64,000 nt of DNA. It comes from Paludibacteraceae bacterium. GTDB lineage: Bacteria; Actinomycetota; Coriobacteriia; Coriobacteriales; Atopobiaceae. The notes below the pieces were generated by a model, which was not told the DNA's origin, made no database searches, and saw nothing but the letters and a program-made list of their open reading frames with translations. The translations under genes and the position numbers were made by a program. Positions 57,520 to 64,000 of the stretch are shown one piece after another (position 1 is the first letter of the stretch; the number at the start of each line of letters is the position of its first letter). The stretch covers positions 589 to 64,588 of the forward strand of contig CAVGOA010000003.1 of NCBI GenBank assembly GCA_963630635.1. The letters are read 5' to 3'.

Positions 57520-58155
57520 CTAGGCCTCCTTCGTGGCGTTGGCGTCAGTGGGGGCCTCGGTGGCCTGGGCAGCGGGCTCGGCGGGCGCGGAGACGGGCTC
57601 GGCCCCTGCGGCCGGGGCCTCCTCGACCTTGGCGGGGCGCTTCATGGAGTAGAGATCGGCGGCCGTGGGCTTCTTGGGAGCCTCGGGCTCGGCGGGTGCA
57701 GAGACGGGCTCGGCGGCCTCGGCGGCGGTCACGGCGGCCTGCTCGCCCTCGGCGGCCGCGGCGTCGGCGTCGCCGGCCTCCTCGGTCGCGGCGGCCTCTG
57801 CGGCGGCAGCGGCCTCGGCGGCTTTGCGCTCGGCCTCAAGACGGCGCTTGCGCTCGGCGAAGGACTCGCTCTTCTTGGGTGCGGTCTTCTCGCCGTCGGT
57901 CGTCTCGATGTCAGCATCCTCGTCCAGGTTGGCCTGGCGCTGACGGTTGGGCTTCTTGGGCGTGTCGCTCATGGCCTCGGTCGCGGGATCCACGATCTCG
58001 GTCTGGACAACCTGGCTAAAGCCCTCCTGGGCGTTTCTAAACTGGCGAAGCGCACGGCCCAGGGTCTTTCCCATGCCGGGGAGCTTGTCCGGGCCAAAGA
58101 TCATGAACGCAAAGACCAGGATGAGGACGAGCTCTGTCTCTCCTATGCCAAACAC
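57520..58155 (-). CDS. TatA/TatB family subunit with long acidic tail
   Basis: FGIGETELVLI..FGPDKLP..GR. Confidence 0.9.
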   Translation of the reverse strand: MFGIGETELVLILVFAFMIFGPDKLPGMGKTLGRALRQFRNAQEGFSQVVQTEIVDPATEAMSDTPKKPNRQRQANLDEDADIETTDGEKTAPKKSESFAERKRRLEAERKAAEAAAAAEAAATEEAGDADAAAAEGEQAAVTAAEAAEPVSAPAEPEAPKKPTAADLYSMKRPAKVEEAPAAGAEPVSAPAEPAAQATEAPTDANATKEA

Positions 58156-58217
58156 AGACGGTTCCCTTTCATTCATCGCGCGGGCAAGTGCGGCCGCGCG
58201 AAACCTATCGCTTGAGC

Positions 58218-58529
58218 TTAGCGGATGTTGAGGTCCGCGCTTACGCCGAGAAGACCCAGGACCCTCTCGACGTTTTTCTGCGGGTTGGCGACGGCCAGGG
58301 AGGCGCCGGCCTCCTGCGCGCGGTGCGCCGCGCCCACAAGGACACCTATACCCGTTGAGTCGATGTAAGGAACCTGGGAAAGGTCAACAACAAGCTCGTC
58401 GGTAAAGCCGTCGGCCAAAACGGCGTCGGCCTGGGCGCGAAGCTCAGAGGCGTTGGAGACGTCGACCTCGCCGGTGACGGCCAGGGTGACGGTGTTGCCT
58501 TGGGTGCTCTTCTCGATTGAGATGCTCAT
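58218..58529 (-). CDS. STAS domain anti-sigma factor antagonist
   Basis: GEVD, VVDLSQVPYIDSTGIGVL; AGGAG RBS. Confidence 0.92.
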   Translation of the reverse strand: MSISIEKSTQGNTVTLAVTGEVDVSNASELRAQADAVLADGFTDELVVDLSQVPYIDSTGIGVLVGAAHRAQEAGASLAVANPQKNVERVLGLLGVSADLNIR

Positions 58530-58549
58530 ATTAGATGCACTCCTATCTG

Positions 58550-59527
58550 CTAGAAGCTGGTGCCAGACATGCTGGACAAGGTCTGGGAGAGGCCCGACAG
58601 GCCGCTCGAGCTGGTGGAGCTGGTGGTGGTGCCGTCGCTCGACGCGTCGGCCAGGTCGGTCGAGGTCGAGGTGGTGGAGCTGGACTCGCTGGACTCGATG
58701 GACGACAGGCGGCTCTCGCCGTAGGACTTGGCGCCGTACTCGTCGCTGGCGTCGGTCTCGATAGCCTTGTTGTAGGCGGTCTTGGCGTCGTCGGTGCGGC
58801 TGGCGGCCTCGTAGACCACGCCGAGGTTGGCCCATGCGGGGCCATAGTCGGGGGCCTCCTGGGTCAGGGTCTCGAGCTCCGTCGTAGCGGCCGTGGTGTC
58901 CTCCTCGTAGTACTTGCAAAGGGCCATGTCGACCTTGACGGCGTTGGAATCCTTGATGGCCAGGTACTCGCTGTAGTAGGTGCGGGCCTTCTCGAGCAGC
59001 TGGTTGGCGTGGCTGGTCGAGGCGTCGGTCGTGGCCACATAGGTGACCGAGACGCCCCAGGTCATGTACTTCTGGCCCAGGTTGAGCAGGGTGGCCAGGT
59101 TGGTCTTGTCAGCGGCGTACTTCTCCTCGAGGGAGGCAACGGCAGACTGGTACTTCTCGTCCACCGACGCATACTCGGCGTCGGAGGTGTCTTCGGCAGA
59201 GTCGGTCGTGGAGTCATCGGCGGTGGAGTCGCTGGACTCGTCGGCAGAGTCGCTGGACTCAGACGAGCTGTCGCTCGAATCACTGGAAGAGTCACTCGAC
59301 GTGTCAGAGCTCGAGGACGAAGAAGACGCTGCGTCGGCAGTCAGAACACTATAGATGGCCGAGAGGGACGGCAGCATCATCGAGGCCGCCATGAGCACGG
59401 CAAAGACCGCGACCAGGACCTTTACCGGCCCCGACATCTCGCCGGGCTTCTTCTTGGCCTTGGGCTTGTCGGCCGCCTGGCCCTTCTCGGCTGCTGTCTT
59501 TACCTTGTCCTGGGGCTTGTCCGCCAT
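58550..59527 (-). CDS. Membrane-anchored TPR protein with Ser/Asp-rich linker
   Basis: TM then TPR-like AWANLGVVYE...A..AYNKA. Confidence 0.8.
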   Translation of the reverse strand: MADKPQDKVKTAAEKGQAADKPKAKKKPGEMSGPVKVLVAVFAVLMAASMMLPSLSAIYSVLTADAASSSSSSSDTSSDSSSDSSDSSSESSDSADESSDSTADDSTTDSAEDTSDAEYASVDEKYQSAVASLEEKYAADKTNLATLLNLGQKYMTWGVSVTYVATTDASTSHANQLLEKARTYYSEYLAIKDSNAVKVDMALCKYYEEDTTAATTELETLTQEAPDYGPAWANLGVVYEAASRTDDAKTAYNKAIETDASDEYGAKSYGESRLSSIESSESSSTTSTSTDLADASSDGTTTSSTSSSGLSGLSQTLSSMSGTSF

Positions 59528-59693
59528 GTGATGGAGCCTTTCCCAAAGGCCGCTCGCGCGACCGGATTTTTAAACGCAATTTTTTAGAGTAAAGCAAGAC
59601 GCCCTGTTCGAAAAGAACAAGGCGTCCATTTGGTCGCAAAACTACAGAACCGCCGCGAGGGGTGCGCGGGCCTGCGCTTTTGGCGAGAAGCCC

Positions 59694-60980
59694 TTACGCG
59701 CGCGCTGCCTTGGCAAGACGCGCCGAGACGAGCTTGACCGCCACGACAAAGACGTCGAGGGCCTGCCCCAGCTCTTCGAGCGTGGGGAAAGTGGGCGCGA
59801 TGCGGATGTTGGTGTCGGCCGGATCGCTGCCGTAAGGCCAGGTAGCGCCCGCGGGGGTGAGCTTTACGCCCAGCTCGGCCGCCAGGGCCACGATTGCCTT
59901 GGCCGAGCCGGTCGGTCCGTCGAAGGATACAAAGTAGCCGCCCTTGGGCTTAGTCCAGGTGGCAACGCCCAGGTCGGCCAGGCCGGCCTCGAGCTTGTCC
60001 TGCACCAGCTTGAAGCGCGGGGCCACGATGGCAGCGTGCTTGGACATGTGGGCGCGGACGCCGTCGGTGTCCTTCAAGAACTTGACGTGCGCGAGCTGCG
60101 AGATCTTCTCGGGAGAAACGCGGGCAGTGGCAAAATCGGCGTGGATCTCGGCGATGTCTGCGGGGCTGGCGGTCATGAAGGCCATGCCCGAGCTGGGGAA
60201 GGTCACCTTGGCGGTCGAGGCAAACTCGTAGACCAGGTCCTGGGCGCCCGCCTCGGCCAGCGCGTCGAAGATGTTAAGGAGCTTGTCGCCCTCGCCCTCG
60301 AAGGTGTGGACACAGTAGGCGTTGTCCCAGAAGATGCGGAAGTCGGAGGCGGCGGGCTTCAATGCGGCAAAGGCGCGCACGGTCTCGTCGCTGTAGGTGA
60401 TGCCGGTGGGGTTGGCGTACATGGGGACGCACCAGATGCCCTTGACGGCGGGGTCGTTCTCGACAAGGTCGCGCACGACGTCCATGTCGGGGCCGTTGGG
60501 AGTCATGGGAACGGGGATGTTCTCGATGCCGTAGTGGGCGGTCACGGTGAAGTGGCGGTCGTAGCCGGGCGCCGGGCACAGGAACTTGACCTTGTCGAGC
60601 TTGCACCAGGGGGTGTTGCCGGCGATGCCGTGGGTATAGGCGTGGGCCACGGTGTCGTGCATGAGGTTAAGACTGGACGAACCAATGACCAGCACGTTTG
60701 CCGCGTCGACGCCCAGAAGCTCGGCCGCAAAGGCACGGGCAGAGGGCAGGCCGTCGGGCGCGCCGTAGTTGTCGGCCGCAACGCCGGCGTCGGAAAGGTC
60801 GCTAGAGGAATTGAGCTCGTCGAGCATGGGCTTAGAGAGGTCGACCTGCTCTTGGCTGGGCTTGCCGCGGGCCATATCCAGGGCCAGGCCCTGGGCCTTG
60901 AGGTCGGCCGCCTGGGCCTCGAGCTGGGCGATCGCGGCGTCAAGCTGGGCGTCGTTCATTGCCTCATACGCGTTTGGCAT
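59694..60980 (-). CDS. PLP-dependent aminotransferase (actinobacterial aspartate transaminase type)
   Basis: LDMARGKP, PGYDRHF, YANPTG, WDNAY, STAKVT, PKGGYF, IRIAPT. Confidence 0.9.
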   Translation of the reverse strand: MPNAYEAMNDAQLDAAIAQLEAQAADLKAQGLALDMARGKPSQEQVDLSKPMLDELNSSSDLSDAGVAADNYGAPDGLPSARAFAAELLGVDAANVLVIGSSSLNLMHDTVAHAYTHGIAGNTPWCKLDKVKFLCPAPGYDRHFTVTAHYGIENIPVPMTPNGPDMDVVRDLVENDPAVKGIWCVPMYANPTGITYSDETVRAFAALKPAASDFRIFWDNAYCVHTFEGEGDKLLNIFDALAEAGAQDLVYEFASTAKVTFPSSGMAFMTASPADIAEIHADFATARVSPEKISQLAHVKFLKDTDGVRAHMSKHAAIVAPRFKLVQDKLEAGLADLGVATWTKPKGGYFVSFDGPTGSAKAIVALAAELGVKLTPAGATWPYGSDPADTNIRIAPTFPTLEELGQALDVFVVAVKLVSARLAKAARA

Positions 60981-61087
60981 AAGATATCCTCCTTAGTTGG
61001 ATGCTGGCTCAAAAGTATAGTGAAGTTGCGCCCGCTTCTTTTACAATCCTCGGATACGTTTGACGCGCAGGAAACGAAAGGTGCCCC

Positions 61088-61345
61088 ATGGACTTTGTCT
61101 CAGAAGATTACGGCGAGCTGCAAAACCTCGTGGACATGCTCTTTGCCCCGGGGGTTTCTCGCTATGCCACGGTCTCGCGCCTGGACGTGGTGCTAAAGTC
61201 GCAGGTCTTCGACTTCAACGACGACCTGCGCGAGGTCATCGAGCTTATCCCTTCGGGCAACTTCACGCGCACGCAGCTGTGCGACCAGATCAACTCGATC
61301 CTCTCGGGCCACGGCTGGACCAGCTTCTACGCCACCGTGGAGTAA
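61088..61345 (+). CDS. Small conserved-looking hypothetical protein
   Basis: 85 aa, GAAAGG RBS, typical codon bias. Confidence 0.8.
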   Translation: MDFVSEDYGELQNLVDMLFAPGVSRYATVSRLDVVLKSQVFDFNDDLREVIELIPSGNFTRTQLCDQINSILSGHGWTSFYATVE

Positions 61346-61362
61346 GGGCGCCAAACAAAAAG

Positions 61363-61490
61363 TACGAAAGACGGGCGCACTCAAACGATTTGCTTGCCGC
61401 ACTTTGATTTTGGCTTCGCGCCAACTGGGGTTTTGTAAGCAAAACTGCTCGGCAGCTCAACAAATCGCTCGAGTGCGCCCGTCTTTCGTA
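61363..61490 (+). repeat. Dispersed hairpin element, family 2 copy B
   Basis: Perfect 20-bp IR TACGAAAGACGGGCGCACTC; central CCAACTGGGGTTTTGT. Confidence 0.85.
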
Positions 61491-61584
61491 AAAAATGTTC
61501 ACGCAAGGGCCTCTGGGCATGAAAAAGGGCAGTCGGTCGCGAGTGGACCGGCTGCCCTTTGCGTTGCATGTGGTGCGGTAAGAC

Positions 61585-62385
61585 TTACTCGTCCTCGGCC
61601 AGGGCCTCGGCGATCTCGTCGGTCATGTTCATGGTGTGGTAGACGTTCTGGACGTCCTCAAGCTCCTCGAGCTTGTCGACAAGGCGCTGGACCTTCTTGG
61701 CGTCGTTGACCGAGACGTCGGTGGGGGTGGTGGGAACGCGGGAGGGCTCGCTACCCTTGACCTCGATGCCCTGGGCCTCAAGACCCTTCTGGACCTCCTG
61801 GAGCTTCTCGAAAGCAGTCCAGACGATCCACTCCTCGCCGGCGTCCTCGTAGTCCTCGCCACCGGCCTCGGCCACGGCCATCATGAACTCGTCCTCGTCC
61901 ACGGCGTTGGGACGATCGGCGACCTTCTTCTCCTCGGACTTGATCACCTTGTCAACGGCGATGGAGCCCTTGCGCTCGAACTGGAACGCAACGGAGCCGG
62001 AAGTACCAAGGTTGCCGCCCGCGTGGGTAAAGGCAGAGCGCACGTCCGCAGCGGTGCGGTTGAGGTTATCGGTCAGGCACTCGACGTAAAGAGCGACGCC
62101 GGCGGGACCGTAGCCCTCGTAGTCGACCTCTTTGTAGTCGGCGGCAGAGGCGCCGGCGCCAAAGGCCTTGTCAATGGCGGCCTTGATCTTGGCGTTGGGC
62201 ATGGAGACCATGCGCGCGCGGGCAACGGCGGCCGCGAGGGTGGCGTTGTTATCGGGGTTGGGGTCGCCGCCGAGCTTGGCAGCAACGGTGATGTTGCGGG
62301 AAAGCTTAGAGAACAGAGAAGAGCGCTTGGCGTCGATAGCGGCCTTCTTGTGCTTAGTGGTAGCCCACTTAGAGTGTCCGGACAT
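61585..62385 (-). CDS. yebC: YebC/PmpR family protein
   Basis: MSGHSKW, YEGYGP, LTDN..RT, GSV.F.F, EDVQNVYH. Confidence 0.96.
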   Translation of the reverse strand: MSGHSKWATTKHKKAAIDAKRSSLFSKLSRNITVAAKLGGDPNPDNNATLAAAVARARMVSMPNAKIKAAIDKAFGAGASAADYKEVDYEGYGPAGVALYVECLTDNLNRTAADVRSAFTHAGGNLGTSGSVAFQFERKGSIAVDKVIKSEEKKVADRPNAVDEDEFMMAVAEAGGEDYEDAGEEWIVWTAFEKLQEVQKGLEAQGIEVKGSEPSRVPTTPTDVSVNDAKKVQRLVDKLEELEDVQNVYHTMNMTDEIAEALAEDE

Positions 62386-62576
62386 GCACATCTCCTTTAG
62401 TATGCGGCGCTGACGCCGCGCACGGCATGAAACGTTCACATGCTATAGGAAAACGCCCTTCTCTGTAAAGGGGCGGGCTTAGAAGTGACAATTCCTGCAA
62501 ATTGGCAGCGCCGGGCATCGTGCCCCGCGGTATTGGGTACGAGAAGAGCGTTTGTGCTTCGAAGCTTGGAGGATTT

Positions 62577-63965
62577 GTGGTCGCCAACCTTTGCATGCTC
62601 GCGGTGATGATGGTCGCCGTGGTTATCTGCTCGTTTGTCGCGAGCCTTATCCCGGGCCGCCCGGTGCCAGAGGTCGTCTTCTTTGTGGCAGCCGGCGTGA
62701 TCGCGGGGCCTGCGTGCCTGGGGCTGGTCTCGTCGACGCCGGGTCTTGACCTGGTGAGCCGCCTGGGCATGGGCTTTTTGTTTCTTATGGCCGGCTATGA
62801 GCTTGACCTGCGCGAGCTCACGGGCAAGATGGGCCAGCACGCCAGCGTCTGTTGGGCCGTGAGCTTTGGCATCGGGCTTCTCATCACTCCCCTTCTGGGC
62901 CTGGGCCTAGACCAGACGGGCACCGCTGCCTTCGCGATCGCGCTGACCACCACGGCCTACGGCACGCTGGTCCCCATCATGCGCGACCGCGGCCTGGGCC
63001 ACACGAGCGTGGGCGAGGTCATCGAGTCCTACGGCGCCATGGGAGAGATCTGGCCCGTCGTGGCGATGTCCTTGCTTCTCTCGCCCAGTCGCTCGATGGC
63101 GGCAAACGTGGCCGTTTTACTGGGCTTCGTTGCGTTTTGCGTTCTTGTGGCCGTGCAGGGCAAGCGGGCGCGCGAGCTGGGTTCCCGCCTTTCTGGGTTC
63201 CTGCGAGACAACGCCGAGAGCAGCTCGCAGCCCACGCTTCGCGCGACGGTGGCGCTGTTGTGCGTCCTTCTCGCCTTGGCCGCCGTCCTTAACCTGGACG
63301 CCGTGCTGGCCGCCTTTGCCGCCGGCTTCATCCTGCGCCACATCATGCCCGCCGACCACGGCCACCGCCTGATGGACAAGGTCGAGGCCATGGGCAACGG
63401 TCTCTTTGTCCCGGTCTTCTTTGTGTACTCGGGCATTGGAATCGACTTCGCGGCGGTGGGCAGCCACGCGAGGCTGCTTGTGGGCTTCGTGGCGCTGCTG
63501 CTGGTGGTCCGCGCGATTCCCCTGTTGGTGAGCTTGCAGGTCTTCCCCGAGACGCGACGCATGCCTCTTGGCGAGAAGATCTCGGCGTCGCTGTACTGCA
63601 CGATGGCCCTGCCGTTGATCGTTGCCTTGACCGAGGCCGCCGTGAGCGCTGGGGCGATGGGCGAAGAGATGGCGAGCGTGCTGGTGTGCGCGGGCGCCCT
63701 GACGGTGCTGGTCATCCCCGTGATCACGAGCCTGAGCGTGCGCGCGGTGGCGGCGCACCCCGTCGAGGCCGCGCACGAGATTGCCGAGCACCCGCATGAC
63801 CTGCGCGAGATTGTCCACGAGCACCACGAGCACGCCCACGAGATCGCGATGGAGCTTCGCGAGGAGCGCCGCCACCTGCGCGAAGAAGGAAAGCATCTAA
63901 GCTCGGCCGACTTCCTGGCCCGCCGCGACGAGCTGCGCCGCCGCCACGAGGCACGGCGCCACTAG
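62577..63965 (+). CDS. Cation:proton antiporter (CPA2) with His-rich tail
   Basis: GVIAGP, FLFLMAGYE, AFAAG, FVPVFFV..G; GGAGG RBS before GTG. Confidence 0.9.
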   Translation: MVANLCMLAVMMVAVVICSFVASLIPGRPVPEVVFFVAAGVIAGPACLGLVSSTPGLDLVSRLGMGFLFLMAGYELDLRELTGKMGQHASVCWAVSFGIGLLITPLLGLGLDQTGTAAFAIALTTTAYGTLVPIMRDRGLGHTSVGEVIESYGAMGEIWPVVAMSLLLSPSRSMAANVAVLLGFVAFCVLVAVQGKRARELGSRLSGFLRDNAESSSQPTLRATVALLCVLLALAAVLNLDAVLAAFAAGFILRHIMPADHGHRLMDKVEAMGNGLFVPVFFVYSGIGIDFAAVGSHARLLVGFVALLLVVRAIPLLVSLQVFPETRRMPLGEKISASLYCTMALPLIVALTEAAVSAGAMGEEMASVLVCAGALTVLVIPVITSLSVRAVAAHPVEAAHEIAEHPHDLREIVHEHHEHAHEIAMELREERRHLREEGKHLSSADFLARRDELRRRHEARRH

Positions 63966-64000
63966 GTCTTCTCGCCGCGGGCCGCGCCGGGGAAATCGAC

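Noticed and set aside
6500..61490. Hairpin elements as a CRISPR array or classical integron attC sites
   Set aside because: Not regularly spaced, no cas or intI gene in the window, and no RYYYAAC/GTTRRRY ends

Overview
GC-rich chromosomal window, most consistent with a Coriobacteriia (Atopobiaceae/Olsenella-like) gut anaerobe; this assignment is inferred from gene content and codon style. The left ~7.3 kb is a decayed integrative-element region ending at the 3' end of tRNA-Thr(CGT). It holds a HipA-like kinase running off the window, a candidate sRNA, a stalked surface protein, a truncated thioester-domain adhesin, an RHH protein and an XRE pseudogene. The rest is mostly housekeeping genes (hpf, comF, tatD, rsmA, metG, rsmI, queD, lgt, tyrS, PBP1A, argR, pgm, rlmKL, holB, tmk, topA, tatC, yebC) with small accessory blocks: a selD/yedF selenium cluster, a DUF4352-XRE-kinase module, a LexA-boxed Y-polymerase cassette and an O-acyltransferase. 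Highlights: a raiA-motif ncRNA missed by the ORF track; a TudS(DUF523)-nucleoside phosphorylase fusion; an acyltransferase thrown out of frame by a (CAGA)4 tract; a family of dispersed hairpin elements sharing a central motif; a strongly enriched intergenic 9-mer GGCGAGAAG; and two probable pseudo-enzymes. All calls come from reading motifs by eye, and no database searches were run.
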